From positions 291,365-355,364 of the forward strand of contig JAUYKM010000009.1 in NCBI GenBank assembly GCA_030699125.1: 64,000 nucleotides of DNA, written 5' to 3'. The stretch is from Candidatus Daviesbacteria bacterium. Lineage in GTDB: Bacteria; Patescibacteriota; Microgenomatia; Daviesbacterales; UBA10151. Below the pieces are notes generated by a model that saw only the letters and a program-made list of their open reading frames with translations, did not search any database and was not told the DNA's origin. Positions 31,261 through 42,186 of the stretch are shown here, in pieces. The position numbers and the translations under genes are program-made. How positions within the stretch are numbered: the first letter of the stretch is position 1; each line of letters starts with the position of its first letter.

Positions 31261-32606
31261 ATATTACTCAACTAACATTAACAGAAACAATAGAGGCTTT
31301 AAAAAGAAAAGAATTTCCGGAGGAAGACTTAAATAAGGCTTATTTAGAAAGAATAAAAGACCTTAATCCAAAATTAAATGCTTATTTGGAAATTGTCGAA
31401 AGTAAAAAGGGAATTCCTGCTGCAATAAAAGATGTGATTTCTACCCGGGGAATTAAAACAACAGCTTCTTCAAAAATTTTAGAAAATTATATTCCTCCTT
31501 ACAACGGGACTGTTATTAACAAATTATTGGAACAGGGAGCCTCCATTATTGGAAAAACTAATCATGATGAGTTTGCCATGGGTTCATCAAACGAGAATTC
31601 AGCTTACGGTGTAGTTAAAAACCCCTGGAATATATCTAAAGTTCCGGGTGGTTCTTCCGGTGGATCTGCAGCAGCTGTGGCAGCAGATCTTTGTGTGTTT
31701 GCCTTAGGTTCTGACACCGGTGGATCTATCAGACAGCCCGCCTCTTTGTGTGGTGTAGTGGGATTTAAGCCAACTTATGGCACAGTTTCCAGATATGGGT
31801 TAATTGCCATGGCTTCTTCACTGGATCAAATTGGTCCAATGACAAAATCTGTGGAAGATGCGGCTTTGGTAATGGAGTGGATCTCTGGGCCGGATGGATA
31901 TGATGCAAACATGTCAAGTGAAAAATTCAAAGTGAAAAATGAAAAATTACAGTCAGGAATTAGGGGACTAAAAATTGGTGTTCCAAGTGAGTATTTCGAG
32001 GAAGGCTTGGATCCAAAAGTTAAGCAGGTTATTCAAGATGCTATTAAAAAGCTGGAGGAGTTGGGGGCAGAAATTGTGGAGGTGAGTTTGCCCCATTCCC
32101 AGTATGCTGTGGCTGTCTATTATATTTTAATGTCTTCTGAAGTCTCTTCTAATCTAGCCAGGTTTGATGGTATCAGATATGGCAAGGGAAGAGATCAATT
32201 TGGGGCAGAGGCAAAAAGAAGAATCATGTTGGGAACTTACTCTTTATCCTCAGGATATTGGGATGACTACTATGCTCAGGCAGCAAAAGTGAGAACTTTA
32301 GTAAAGCAAGATTTTGAAAAAGCATACCAAAAAGTGGATGTGATAATAGGTCCGGTCTCCCCCACCGTAGCTTGGGATTTTGGAGCCAAATTGGATGATC
32401 CCCTGGCTATGTACTTATCTGACATTTATACAATTCCCGCCAATTTAACTGGAATACCGGGAATTTCTTTGCCTTGTGGTTTTGTTGATGATTTACCTGT
32501 GGGGTTACACATCCTGGGTAAGTTTGGGGACGATATGACTGTATTGCAGACAGCATATGCATATGAGCAGGCAACAGATTGGAGAAAGGAAAAACCCAAA
32601 TTATGA
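31257..32606 (+). CDS. gatA: Amidotransferase subunit A
   Basis: Amidase signature GGSSGGS...[11 protein letters not shown] and KRRIMLGT. Confidence 0.96.
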   Translation: MNITQLTLTETIEALKRKEFPEEDLNKAYLERIKDLNPKLNAYLEIVESKKGIPAAIKDVISTRGIKTTASSKILENYIPPYNGTVINKLLEQGASIIGKTNHDEFAMGSSNENSAYGVVKNPWNISKVPGGSSGGSAAAVAADLCVFALGSDTGGSIRQPASLCGVVGFKPTYGTVSRYGLIAMASSLDQIGPMTKSVEDAALVMEWISGPDGYDANMSSEKFKVKNEKLQSGIRGLKIGVPSEYFEEGLDPKVKQVIQDAIKKLEELGAEIVEVSLPHSQYAVAVYYILMSSEVSSNLARFDGIRYGKGRDQFGAEAKRRIMLGTYSLSSGYWDDYYAQAAKVRTLVKQDFEKAYQKVDVIIGPVSPTVAWDFGAKLDDPLAMYLSDIYTIPANLTGIPGISLPCGFVDDLPVGLHILGKFGDDMTVLQTAYAYEQATDWRKEKPKL

Positions 32607-33919
32607 CATACGAGCCAGTTATTGGATTAGAGGTGCATGTTGAATTAAGTACCAAATCTAAGATGTTTTGCAGGTGTAGCGCTGATTATTTTGGCAAAGA
32701 GCCAAATACTCACACATGCCCGGTATGCTTGGGGCTTCCTGGGGCCTTGCCCTATATTAACGAGCAGGCAATAGATGATTGTATAAAAATTGGTTTGGCT
32801 CTAAATTGCACAATTTCTGAAAAATCTCTTTTCGAAAGAAAAAATTATTTTTATCCGGATTTGCCTAAAGGATATCAAATTTCCCAATATCGTTGGCCGC
32901 TTTGTGTAGGCGGAAAAATAACTTTGGATAGCGGGGAAATAATAAGAATAAATAGAGCTCACCAGGAAGAAGATACTGGTAAATTAACACACAAGGGTAA
33001 AGATACACTGATCGATTTTAATAGATCAGGAGTTCCGTTGGTGGAAATTGTCACAGAGCCAGATTTTACAGATGTTGAGCAAATCAGAGATTATGCCAAG
33101 AAACTGCAGCAGCTTTTTAGATATTTAGGGGTTTCCAATGCTGACATGGAACGCGGTGACATGCGTTTGGAGGCAAATGTATCAGTTAGACCGGAAGGAC
33201 AGAAGGAGTTGCCTTCATATAGAGTAGAGTTAAAAAATATTAACTCCTTCAGGTTTATGGTGGCTGCTGTGGAGTATGAAATTAAAAGGCAGACTGAAGC
33301 CTTAGAAAAAGGAGAAAAACTTTCTCAGGAAACCAGAGGATGGGATGAGGATAAAAGGCAGACATACCTGCAAAGAAGTAAGGAGGAGGCTCATGATTAC
33401 CGCTATTTTCCCGAACCGGATTTGCCTGAATTAATTTTGGACCAGAAAAAAATCGAACAAATTAAAAAATCCCTTCCAGAACTGCCATGGGATAAGAGTA
33501 ATAGATATAAAGAATTAAATATTCGGGTTGAAGATGCAGTTAGGGTTGCTGAATCAATAGAATTATCTCAATTTTTTGATGACGCTTTGAAACATGGTAA
33601 AAAACATGGGGTTAAACCTCAAGACATAGCAAATTATATTGTCAATAAAAAACCTGATATAGAAAAAGTATTGCCAACTCAAATTATAGAGGATATTAAA
33701 GACAAAAAAGTGGGAGTGATTGATAATAACGAGCAACTGGAAGTTTTAGCAAAGCAGGCAATAGAAGAAAATAAAAAATCCGCTGAGGATTTCAAAGCTG
33801 GAAAAGAAAATGCCATCCAAGCCCTAATCGGTGGGGTGATGAGATTATCATCAGGCAAAGCAGATGCAGGAAAAGTAAAAGAAATTCTTACCAAATTACT
33901 ACTTGAAATAAAGAATTAA
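32603..33919 (+). CDS. gatB: Amidotransferase subunit B
   Basis: [35 protein letters not shown]. Confidence 0.96.
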   Translation: MTYEPVIGLEVHVELSTKSKMFCRCSADYFGKEPNTHTCPVCLGLPGALPYINEQAIDDCIKIGLALNCTISEKSLFERKNYFYPDLPKGYQISQYRWPLCVGGKITLDSGEIIRINRAHQEEDTGKLTHKGKDTLIDFNRSGVPLVEIVTEPDFTDVEQIRDYAKKLQQLFRYLGVSNADMERGDMRLEANVSVRPEGQKELPSYRVELKNINSFRFMVAAVEYEIKRQTEALEKGEKLSQETRGWDEDKRQTYLQRSKEEAHDYRYFPEPDLPELILDQKKIEQIKKSLPELPWDKSNRYKELNIRVEDAVRVAESIELSQFFDDALKHGKKHGVKPQDIANYIVNKKPDIEKVLPTQIIEDIKDKKVGVIDNNEQLEVLAKQAIEENKKSAEDFKAGKENAIQALIGGVMRLSSGKADAGKVKEILTKLLLEIKN

Positions 33920-33990
33920 CTGATCGATAATAAATTTGTCGTATATATTCTGGTGACTTTTGATAGCCCAGTGTAATAGGACCTTACCTT

Positions 33991-36900
33991 ATGAGCAAAT
34001 TTGTTCACCTGCACGGACACACAGAATACTCCCTTCTTGATGGACTTTCCAAAATCCCCCAGCTGATTAAAAAAGTCAAAGATTTAGGCATGGATGCCAT
34101 AGGTATAACAGATCATGGAGTAATGTATGGGGCAATAGAGTTTTATAAAGCCTGCCGTGAGGCAGATATAAAGCCAATTATTGGAGTGGAGATGTATGTG
34201 GCCAAAAGATCCTATTTAGATAAAGAAGGAAAGATTGACAGCGAACCCTTTCACTTAACTGTACTGGCTAAAAATTATCAGGGTTATTTAAACTTGATGA
34301 AGCTTACTACCATTGCCCATACCAAAGGTTACTATTACCGGCCCAGGGTGGACAAACAGCTGCTTAAACAATTCTCGGCCGGCCTCTTAGCTTTATCAGG
34401 TTGTCCATCAGGTGAGTTTGTCAGGAGTTTGGAGGATGGAAATTTAAAAAAAGCCCAGGAAATAATCAGAAGCTACCAGGATATATTTGGCGAAGAAAAT
34501 TTTTATTTGGAGCTCCAAAAACATCCTTATGAAGAATCAGCCCAAGCATCGTCAGATGAGATGATCAAACAAGATATGCTCAGAATGGCTAACCTCCAGG
34601 AGTTGACTTGGTCAGCTGTTAAAGATCTGTCTCAGAAACTTGGTGTTTCTCCAGTAGCCACCAATGATTTTCATTATATTGAAAAGGAAGATGCCCAAGT
34701 CCAGGATGCGCTTCTTTGTATTCAAACCGGTAAGTTTTTATCTGATACCGATAGATTAAGGATGATTGATACCCCTGATTATTATGTAAAATCCATCCAG
34801 GAGATGGAGGCAGATTTCACCCAAATGAACAACGCTATAGAAAACACTGCTAAAATTTCTGATCAGATTAATCTGGAAATCCCATTAGGTAAAGCCAGAT
34901 TTCCCCTTTTTGCAACGCCGGATGGAAAAAACTCCATGGATTATTTGAGAGATTTAACATTTGAGAAGGGCGCACAAAAACTGAGAATAACCAAGGAGGT
35001 AGAAGAGAGATTAGAGTATGAACTGGGTATTATAGAGCAAAAAAAATATGCGGACTATTTTTTGGTAGTATCTGATTTTATTGATTGGGCACACAAGAGC
35101 GGTATAATTACCAACACCAGAGGTTCCGCTGCCGGATCCCTGGTTTTATATTGCCTGGGGGTAACTAATCTCAACCCCTTGGATTATCACATTCCGTTTG
35201 AAAGATTCTTAACTATCTATAGACCAACTTTACCTGATATTGATGCTGATATTGCCGATGACAGGCGTGATGAAGTCATCAAGTACGTCATGCAAAGATA
35301 TGGTGAAGACCGGGTGGCCCACATTGTCACCTTTGGTACCATGATGGGAAGGGCAGCAGTAAGAGACATAGGCAGGGTGATGGGTTTAAGCTACTCAGAG
35401 GTAGATAGGATAGCCAAACTGATTCCCCCGCCTCACCAGGGATTTCATAAACCCCTCTCTGAGGCCATTAAAGAAGTGACTGATTTAGGTAATCTGTATA
35501 AAAACGAGCCACAGATTAAAAGACTGCTGGATCTGGCCATTAAAATTGAGGGTACTGTCAGACATGCCTCGGTTCATGCAGCCGGGATTGTGATTTCACC
35601 TGAAGATATAACCCAATTTACCCCGCTTCAAAGAGAGGCCAATGGAGATAAGCTGGTTTCACAATACGATATGTTCTCCATAGAGGATACAGGTTTGGTC
35701 AAAATGGATCTTTTGGGTATCAGGAATCTGTCCATATTGGGAAGGGCAGTGGAATATGTAAAAGAAAATAAAAATATTGATGTGGATTTAAGCGCCATAC
35801 CTTTAAGTGATAAAAAGGCCTTTGCACTGCTGGCCAAAGGAGAAACCATGGGCGTATTCCAGTTAGGTTCATCCGGCATGAGTAGATATTTGGTGGAGCT
35901 TAAACCTTCTTCTGTGGCTGATTTGGCTGCCATGGTGGCTTTATATAGACCCGGTCCTTTGGGAGTGATACCGGAATACGTTGCCAGAAAGAATAATCCA
36001 AAATTGATTAAATATTTAGATCCCAGAATGGAAAGTTATATGGAGCAGTCTTTGGGACTCTTGGTCTATCAGGAGGATGTGCTTTTGACTGCCATCAATT
36101 TGGCCGGCTATTCCTGGGAAGAGGCTGATAAATTTAGAAAAGCCATGGGCAAAAAAAATCCAGTAGAGATGGCCAAGCAAAAAGGCCGCTTTGTGGAAGG
36201 ATGTGTTCAAAATGGCATGAGAAGGGAAAAGGCTGAAAAGCTCTTTGCCTTGATTGCTCCATTTGCCGCATATGGGTTTAATAAGGCCCATGCCGCCTCC
36301 TATGCCATGATTTCCTATCAGACTGCTTATATGAAGGCCAATTTTCCGGTGGAGTTTATGGCAGCTGTGATGACTGCTGAATCAGGGGATTCTGACAAAA
36401 TTGCCTTAGCCATTGAGGAGTGTAAAAAGCTAGGTATTGTGGTTTTACCTCCGGATATTAATAAATCAGGGGTGGGATTTTCTATTGAGAATTTAATAAA
36501 GCTTTCAAAAGACGATTTGGAGAGAAGTTTGAGTACTACCGAACAATTGGTAGAAAAAAGACAAGGTATTCGGTTTGGTCTCTCTGCCATTAAGAATGTG
36601 GGGGAATCGGCTATTGAATCAATACTCAAAGATAGAGGGGGTGGTGAGTTCGAATCTTTGAATGACCTTTGCTTAAGAGTTGACACCAGATTGGTTAACA
36701 GGAAAACTTTGGAAAGTTTGATTAAGGCTGGGGTCTTAGATAGGTTGGGAAGCCGGGCTTCTCAACTATTAATTTTAGATCAGTGTTTGGAAGATTCTCA
36801 TAAAAATGCCAGGGATCGACTTTCCGGACAAGTCTCTCTTTTTGAGGATGATCAAGAGTTTCAAAAAAGCATTGATTTACCACAAGTTGATGAACTGCCC

Positions 36901-37524
36901 TTGGAACAACTTTTGATCTTTGAAAAAGATCTATTGGGTTTTTATCTTCATGAGCCACCCTATCTTAAGAAACTGATGAGATTATCGCCTTTTATTGATC
37001 TGCAATTGTTCCAGGTAAATGAGGAGGTGATTGGTCGGAAAATAATTTTGGGTGGAGTAATCAGTAATGTTAAAAAAGTTATCACCAAAAAAAGCGCCCA
37101 GGAGATGGCTTTTATTAGGATTTCGGATGGTATTAATTCTTTGGAGTGTGTAGTTTTCCCTTCACTTTTTGATGAGGCTAAAGAATTTCTTTTAAAGGAT
37201 GAGGTAGTGCTCATCGATGGGAGAGTAGACAGAAGGGAGGAGGAGTTATCTTTGATTGTAAATACGATTGAGGTTTTCGATCCCAACAAGATAAACAAAA
37301 AGACAGTAGAAATCTATATTCCCAAAGGTACTGGCACAGAAATTTTAAAAACCGTTAACAGAACTCTCAGAGGGTATCCTGGTAATGTGGCTGTATGTTT
37401 AATCTTGCCCAATGGTGAAAGAGAGGCAAGCAGAATGTATCTGCCCTTCTCCATAGATCCTACACCTATTTTGGAAACACAAATTAAAGAGGTTTTAGGC
37501 ACTGGGGCATTTAAGTATCATTGA
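33991..37524 (+). CDS. dnaE: DNA polymerase III alpha subunit
   Basis: HLH.H..YSLLDG PHP domain, RGSAAGS, PDIDAD, FNKAHA, OB fold. Confidence 0.97.
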   Translation: MSKFVHLHGHTEYSLLDGLSKIPQLIKKVKDLGMDAIGITDHGVMYGAIEFYKACREADIKPIIGVEMYVAKRSYLDKEGKIDSEPFHLTVLAKNYQGYLNLMKLTTIAHTKGYYYRPRVDKQLLKQFSAGLLALSGCPSGEFVRSLEDGNLKKAQEIIRSYQDIFGEENFYLELQKHPYEESAQASSDEMIKQDMLRMANLQELTWSAVKDLSQKLGVSPVATNDFHYIEKEDAQVQDALLCIQTGKFLSDTDRLRMIDTPDYYVKSIQEMEADFTQMNNAIENTAKISDQINLEIPLGKARFPLFATPDGKNSMDYLRDLTFEKGAQKLRITKEVEERLEYELGIIEQKKYADYFLVVSDFIDWAHKSGIITNTRGSAAGSLVLYCLGVTNLNPLDYHIPFERFLTIYRPTLPDIDADIADDRRDEVIKYVMQRYGEDRVAHIVTFGTMMGRAAVRDIGRVMGLSYSEVDRIAKLIPPPHQGFHKPLSEAIKEVTDLGNLYKNEPQIKRLLDLAIKIEGTVRHASVHAAGIVISPEDITQFTPLQREANGDKLVSQYDMFSIEDTGLVKMDLLGIRNLSILGRAVEYVKENKNIDVDLSAIPLSDKKAFALLAKGETMGVFQLGSSGMSRYLVELKPSSVADLAAMVALYRPGPLGVIPEYVARKNNPKLIKYLDPRMESYMEQSLGLLVYQEDVLLTAINLAGYSWEEADKFRKAMGKKNPVEMAKQKGRFVEGCVQNGMRREKAEKLFALIAPFAAYGFNKAHAASYAMISYQTAYMKANFPVEFMAAVMTAESGDSDKIALAIEECKKLGIVVLPPDINKSGVGFSIENLIKLSKDDLERSLSTTEQLVEKRQGIRFGLSAIKNVGESAIESILKDRGGGEFESLNDLCLRVDTRLVNRKTLESLIKAGVLDRLGSRASQLLILDQCLEDSHKNARDRLSGQVSLFEDDQEFQKSIDLPQVDELPLEQLLIFEKDLLGFYLHEPPYLKKLMRLSPFIDLQLFQVNEEVIGRKIILGGVISNVKKVITKKSAQEMAFIRISDGINSLECVVFPSLFDEAKEFLLKDEVVLIDGRVDRREEELSLIVNTIEVFDPNKINKKTVEIYIPKGTGTEILKTVNRTLRGYPGNVAVCLILPNGEREASRMYLPFSIDPTPILETQIKEVLGTGAFKYH

Positions 37525-37549
37525 TTGATTTAGGGTTTTATGGTAATAT

Positions 37550-37882
37550 TTGAGCATGATTTCAAGCAAATTTTCCGCCAATGGCGGTGAGCAAAATATA
37601 CATATAGGTGACACTTTGAGAGTTCACAATAAAGTACAAGAGGGAGAAAAGTCCCGGGTACAAATTTTTGAGGGAATTTTAATAAGACTTAAGGGTCGGG
37701 ATGTTAATAAGACATTTACTGTTAGAAAGATTGGTGCAGGAGGAATTGGGGTGGAAAGAACTTGGCCGCTAGATTCCAATTCCCTAATTAAGATAGAGGT
37801 GAAGAAAAAGACTGCCGGTGTGAGAAGATCTAAACTTTACTATCTGCGTGAGTTAACAGGTAAAAGCGCTGTTCGTGTTTAA
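37550..37882 (+). CDS. rplS: 50S ribosomal protein L19
   Basis: GDT.RVH...EG.K.R.Q.FEG, TFTVRK, GVER, VRRSKLYYLR. Confidence 0.96.
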   Translation: MSMISSKFSANGGEQNIHIGDTLRVHNKVQEGEKSRVQIFEGILIRLKGRDVNKTFTVRKIGAGGIGVERTWPLDSNSLIKIEVKKKTAGVRRSKLYYLRELTGKSAVRV

Positions 37883-38523
37883 TGGTATTTCCCACTCTCG
37901 ATATTGAAAAGGCTCTTTGGAAATCCGGTTATTCCATGGTTTGTGGTATAGATGAAGTTGGTAGAGGTTCATTTGCCGGACCCCTTTGCGTGGGGGCTGT
38001 TATTTTCCCTAAAAATTCTCAGCTTATAGATGGAGTGGCTGATTCGAAACTTTTAAAACCCAGAGTAAGGGAGAAGTTAGAATTAAGAATTAAGAATCAA
38101 GCTGTTGCCTGGTCAGTTGCAGAAGTTGGTGTATCAACTATCAATAAAGTGGGGATTGGTAAAGCAACTCAGATGGCATTCAGGAAAGCCGTAAAATTAT
38201 TAAATAAAAAAGCAGACTTCGTTTTAATTGACGCATTTTACCGCGGAGCGGCAAGCTCTGCTTATATCAAGCATTTTAATAGAAAGAACCAAAGGGCTGT
38301 TAAAAATGGAGATACTATTTGTGCTTCTATCTCTGCTGCTTCCATTATTGCCAAAGTTCATCGGGATAAATTAATGAAAAAATTGCACCGCAAGTATCCT
38401 CAATACGGGTTTGGTAGACACAAGGGCTATGGAACAAAAAAACATCAGGAAGCTATCAGGATACATGGATTATCCAGAATTCACAGAAAGTCATTTGACT
38501 TACAAAGATTTTTGCATGGATAA
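37882..38523 (+). CDS. rnhB: Ribonuclease HII
   Basis: GIDEVGRG, DSK, ISAASIIAKV.RD, HKGYGT. Confidence 0.95.
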   Translation: MVFPTLDIEKALWKSGYSMVCGIDEVGRGSFAGPLCVGAVIFPKNSQLIDGVADSKLLKPRVREKLELRIKNQAVAWSVAEVGVSTINKVGIGKATQMAFRKAVKLLNKKADFVLIDAFYRGAASSAYIKHFNRKNQRAVKNGDTICASISAASIIAKVHRDKLMKKLHRKYPQYGFGRHKGYGTKKHQEAIRIHGLSRIHRKSFDLQRFLHG

Positions 38524-38875
38524 CAAACCAGCCGGAAATTATGGAGAAGATTTGGCTTGTGAATATTTGAAACAGCAGGGATATAAGATTTTGGATAGGA
38601 ATTACCGCATTAGGGGTGGAGAAATTGATATTGTGGCCAAGGATGGAGATTATCTGGTTTTTGTGGAGGTAAAGAGTAGATGGTCGCATGAATATGGTCC
38701 GCCATCAGAATCCATGACTCCTTGGAAAATAAAGCATCTTCTAAAAACCGCCCAATTTTATGTTCAAAAAATAAATTGGGGAGAAAAACCTTACAGGTTG
38801 GATTTTGTATCAATTGATTTTGCCGAGGATAAAAACAATCCCAAAATAGAATTAATTAAAAATATTACTTCTTAA
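38516..38875 (+). CDS. YraN (UPF0102) nuclease-like protein
   Basis: GEDLA..YL...GY.I..RN....GEIDIVA....LVFVEVK.R. Confidence 0.92.
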   Translation: MDNKPAGNYGEDLACEYLKQQGYKILDRNYRIRGGEIDIVAKDGDYLVFVEVKSRWSHEYGPPSESMTPWKIKHLLKTAQFYVQKINWGEKPYRLDFVSIDFAEDKNNPKIELIKNITS

Positions 38876-39749
38876 CTTTGTGGTTTCCGGAAACTGCAAA
38901 TGGTATTTCTTGCCAGTCATGGACCTTGCGGATCTTTTTATTGTAACCCCACATACTTTCCAGTAAAGATGCATCTACTCCCCCCTTTTTAAACTCACCC
39001 ATGATAGCCACCAAATCCTTGGGGAAACACTTACCCCCAAAACCTCTTAAAGTAGTGACATCCAGGTGATAATCTCCAATCCGGTGATCATAAGCAGCCA
39101 TTTTTTTAACCTCCTCATACTTGATGCCGATTTTTTGACAATAATCATAAAAGAAATTGGCAAAAGTAACTTTCAAAGATAAAAAGGCATTGGCAAAATA
39201 TTTAACAGCCTCAGCTGTGGTAGGATCTGTTTGAAATATTTTGCTTTTGGGAAACCTTTGTCTAAAGACAACTGCCACAGACCGGGATACCAAATCATTG
39301 GCGGCGCCAATCACCGTTCTTTCTGCTGTTAAGAAATCCTCCAAAAAATTAGCTTCTGTTAAGAATTCGGGATTAAAACAAAAATGGCTTTTAGGATGGG
39401 ATTTTTCATACCTGGCAGTAGTTCCGGGAGTGACAGTTGATTTGATAATCACAATTTTGTCAGTGTTATCAGTCAGTTTACAAATTTGGGGGATCATTTC
39501 ATCGATAATTGATAAGTCTATCCCTGACTCATCTTTTTTCATGGGAGTTGGCAGGCAGATAAAAATATATTCGCCTTCTTTGATAACTGTTTCCAAAGAC
39601 AACCCCTCTTTGTATTTGTCATACCAGCGGATGGTGTCGCGGCCTTCCGAAACCTTAGCAAATCCCCCTGCCACGGCCTGGCCTACAAAGCCGTAGCCAA
39701 TAATGCCTATATTGATGGGAACTATCAGATTTTCAGTTGTTTGAGCCAT
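38865..39749 (-). CDS. Short UDP-glucose/GDP-mannose dehydrogenase family protein
   Basis: GYGFVG, ICLPTP, IKSTV.PGTT, NPEFL, GFGGKCFPKD; lacks the C-terminal domain. Confidence 0.85.
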   Translation of the reverse strand: MAQTTENLIVPINIGIIGYGFVGQAVAGGFAKVSEGRDTIRWYDKYKEGLSLETVIKEGEYIFICLPTPMKKDESGIDLSIIDEMIPQICKLTDNTDKIVIIKSTVTPGTTARYEKSHPKSHFCFNPEFLTEANFLEDFLTAERTVIGAANDLVSRSVAVVFRQRFPKSKIFQTDPTTAEAVKYFANAFLSLKVTFANFFYDYCQKIGIKYEEVKKMAAYDHRIGDYHLDVTTLRGFGGKCFPKDLVAIMGEFKKGGVDASLLESMWGYNKKIRKVHDWQEIPFAVSGNHKVKK

Positions 39750-39773
39750 ATTGTTTTAGTATATACTACATGA

Positions 39774-40178
39774 ATGAATATGATAAATAAAGTAGCTTTG
39801 GCTCACTTTAAGGATAAAAAAATGCTCATGGTCAGAACTAAAAGACAAAGAGAGGTTTTTTATACCTTGGGGGGAAAGATTGAAAAGGGGGAGTCGGAAA
39901 TAGATTGTTTAAAAAGGGAAGTGAAGGAGGAAATTAGCTGCGAATTGAATGAAAAATCACTAAATTTTTTAACAGAGTTTGAGGATGTGGCACACGGTAA
40001 AGAAGATACTATGCTGCATTTAAAAATGTATGAAGGTGATTTAATAGGGGATCCCGAACCTTCAGCAGAGATTGTAGAGATTGGCTGGTTTGATACAATC
40101 TCAGATAAAAGGCATTTATCAGAAATAGCCCAAAGAAAAATCTTCCCCTGGTTAAAAAAGCATAGGTTTATAAATTAG
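39774..40178 (+). CDS. NUDIX hydrolase
   Basis: Nudix box GGKIEKGESEIDCLKREVKEE. Confidence 0.92.
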   Translation: MNMINKVALAHFKDKKMLMVRTKRQREVFYTLGGKIEKGESEIDCLKREVKEEISCELNEKSLNFLTEFEDVAHGKEDTMLHLKMYEGDLIGDPEPSAEIVEIGWFDTISDKRHLSEIAQRKIFPWLKKHRFIN

Positions 40179-40196
40179 GGTATAATTGAAGCTGAT

Positions 40197-40270
40197 GCCG
40201 CGTTCGTCTAGTGGCCCAGGACGCCGGGCTTTCATCTCGGAAATCACGGGTTCGACTCCCGTACGCGGTA
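40197..40270 (+). tRNA. tRNA-Glu(TTC)
   Basis: Acceptor GCCGCGT/ACGCGGT, anticodon arm CCGGG-CTTTCAT-CTCGG, T loop TTCGACT. Confidence 0.93.
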
Positions 40271-40277
40271 CTTTGAA

Positions 40278-41045
40278 CTATTCAACCAAGATTGAGGCCA
40301 TCATGGTGTTAGCATGAGCGCTGCAGTGGTAGGGATAGATTCCTGTTTGGTTAAAAACTAGGGAAAATTGGTCTCCATTTTTTAAGGCCTTTGAATTTTG
40401 ATCTGGATAATAGGTGTGCGCTGGATGGGATTCTGTATTAACGTAATGATCCACCTCATCCTGGTTGATCCAGGTTATTTTAGTTCCCTTGCTGATGCGA
40501 ATATTTTTTGGTTCAAAGTTGATATTTTCAAGATTGATAGTGACCTCTTTTTTATCAGTTAAATCCGTGTAAGTGGAAGATTGTGTACGGTCAATTTTAA
40601 ACTGAAAATTACCATCATGACAAGTTTTATCCGGCCAACAGGCATTATAGTTAACAGTATAAACTCCATCAGGTGAGTTTGGATTCATCTTTCTCCTCAT
40701 AGATAATTTATTGTCATCAATGATGGTTTCATCTAGTCCGTATTCTTTCCCGTTCATGGCGATAGAGATTGAAGACGGGGGAGCCAAATCAAAATTAAAA
40801 TTTATTACCACATTTATAGGTACTCCTACCAAGACAGAACCATGCTCGGGAGTATTACTCTCATAATGGGCACTTTTTTTAGGATCATTAAACCGTATGG
40901 TGGTATCTAAAGTCCGGGTTGATTCCTGAGGTAGAGTAGGTTCCGGGGAAGATGAGGGAGTCGATTTATTACCAATAAGAAAAAATCCTCCTAAAATAGC
41001 AGACAAAATTGCTATAATGATTCCTACAACTAGTTTATTCATCAA
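40278..41045 (-). CDS. CopC-like + plastocyanin/cupredoxin blue-copper protein
   Basis: 'SAHYESNTP' and 'Y.V.Y.ACWPD..CH.G.F.F' (CopC-like), then H...'YPYHCSAH...M' type-1 Cu site. Confidence 0.8.
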   Translation of the reverse strand: MMNKLVVGIIIAILSAILGGFFLIGNKSTPSSSPEPTLPQESTRTLDTTIRFNDPKKSAHYESNTPEHGSVLVGVPINVVINFNFDLAPPSSISIAMNGKEYGLDETIIDDNKLSMRRKMNPNSPDGVYTVNYNACWPDKTCHDGNFQFKIDRTQSSTYTDLTDKKEVTINLENINFEPKNIRISKGTKITWINQDEVDHYVNTESHPAHTYYPDQNSKALKNGDQFSLVFNQTGIYPYHCSAHANTMMASILVE

Positions 41046-41100
41046 ACTTACCCTAACAAATTATTCAAATTGAATCAAATGAAGTATAATATTTGAGTCT

Positions 41101-41172
41101 GGCCCGGTAGCTCAGCGGTAGAGCAGAAGCCTTTTAAGCTTTTGGTCCTGGGTTCGAATCCCAGCCGGGTCA
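41101..41172 (+). tRNA. tRNA-Lys(TTT)
   Basis: Acceptor GGCCCGG/CCGGGTC, anticodon arm GAAGC-CTTTTAA-GCTTT, T loop TTCGAAT. Confidence 0.94.
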
Positions 41173-41216
41173 CAAGTTAACAATTGTTAAAAATAGATGA
41201 AAGAAGTTAACAGTAG
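41170..41216 (+). repeat. 47-bp direct repeat starting at the tRNA-Lys 3' end (second copy 44484-44530)
   Basis: 42 of 47 positions identical. Confidence 0.85.
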
Positions 41217-41260
41217 ATATGTAATTTGTATTAGCTCCATATTTTTGCAATAATCATAGT

Positions 41261-42130
41261 ATGGATATACCTGTTCGAGAGCAAAGTGCTACTGAGACTC
41301 CAGAGAATCAACTACCCCAAAATAACAAGCTCAATCAAAGGGGATCCGTCCCAATTCTAATTGGGATGATTATTTTACTGATTGTTGTTACAGGAGGGGC
41401 ATATTATTTGGGAACATTAAGAGAGAAGCTTCCATTACAAAATCCAGTGGTTTCTTCCCAAAATCCACAACCCACGCCCGTTCCTAGTACTCCCAGTATA
41501 AAGGTAACAGGAGTTTTAAGAAATAGTGGTTTAACTAAAGATGAAAAAGTTACTCTTAATTTAAATTCCAGTAATTACCAGATTACAGATTTTGGGATAG
41601 CATCAGACAATTCTAAAATAATGGGGTATTTCCTGGAAACAGATAATTCAGAGTATAGAGATCTGGAGGGGAAATGTGTAGAAATAACAGGTAGTATCAA
41701 ACAAAGTTGGGAAGATTTAATTAATAATCAGTTTGAAATTAATAACAAATATACTTATCAACGATCTACTATGATTCCACAGAGTATAAACCAACTTAGT
41801 AATTCTGCCTGTAATCCCTATTCAGGAAACAGGACGGTATCAGATTCAGAGATAGGTAATAAAAGAGTTTTGAAAGGTACTGTAGCAGGAACACAAAGGC
41901 CTGCTCCCGATATAGGTTATGATTACCAGTTAAACTTAGCAACTCCTCTTAATGAGGAATGGGGCTCAACAGGTGGTCCTGTGAAAGTAGATAAAATTGA
42001 TATCTCTCCCTTGAATAATTCTGTTTGGAATATTTTAGAAGATAAGATGGGGACAATTGTAACGGTAACTGGGTACAAAACCTGGGGCTATGCTGAATCA
42101 CAATATCTTTTGATTATTGATGTAAATTAG
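41261..42130 (+). CDS. Secreted/membrane hypothetical protein with a class III (pilin-like) signal
   Basis: 'NQRG|SVPILIGMIILL...GGAYYLG' followed by beta-rich repeats. Confidence 0.55.
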   Translation: MDIPVREQSATETPENQLPQNNKLNQRGSVPILIGMIILLIVVTGGAYYLGTLREKLPLQNPVVSSQNPQPTPVPSTPSIKVTGVLRNSGLTKDEKVTLNLNSSNYQITDFGIASDNSKIMGYFLETDNSEYRDLEGKCVEITGSIKQSWEDLINNQFEINNKYTYQRSTMIPQSINQLSNSACNPYSGNRTVSDSEIGNKRVLKGTVAGTQRPAPDIGYDYQLNLATPLNEEWGSTGGPVKVDKIDISPLNNSVWNILEDKMGTIVTVTGYKTWGYAESQYLLIIDVN

Positions 42131-42186
42131 TCTTGGCCACAAGGATCGAAAATATATTTTCATCAAATAAGTGCTAGAATAAATTC

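Noticed and set aside
35628-37502. Antisense ORFs within dnaE (and similar ones within uvrA, gatB and pilC)
   Set aside because: They lie entirely opposite well-supported genes and have no independent motifs.
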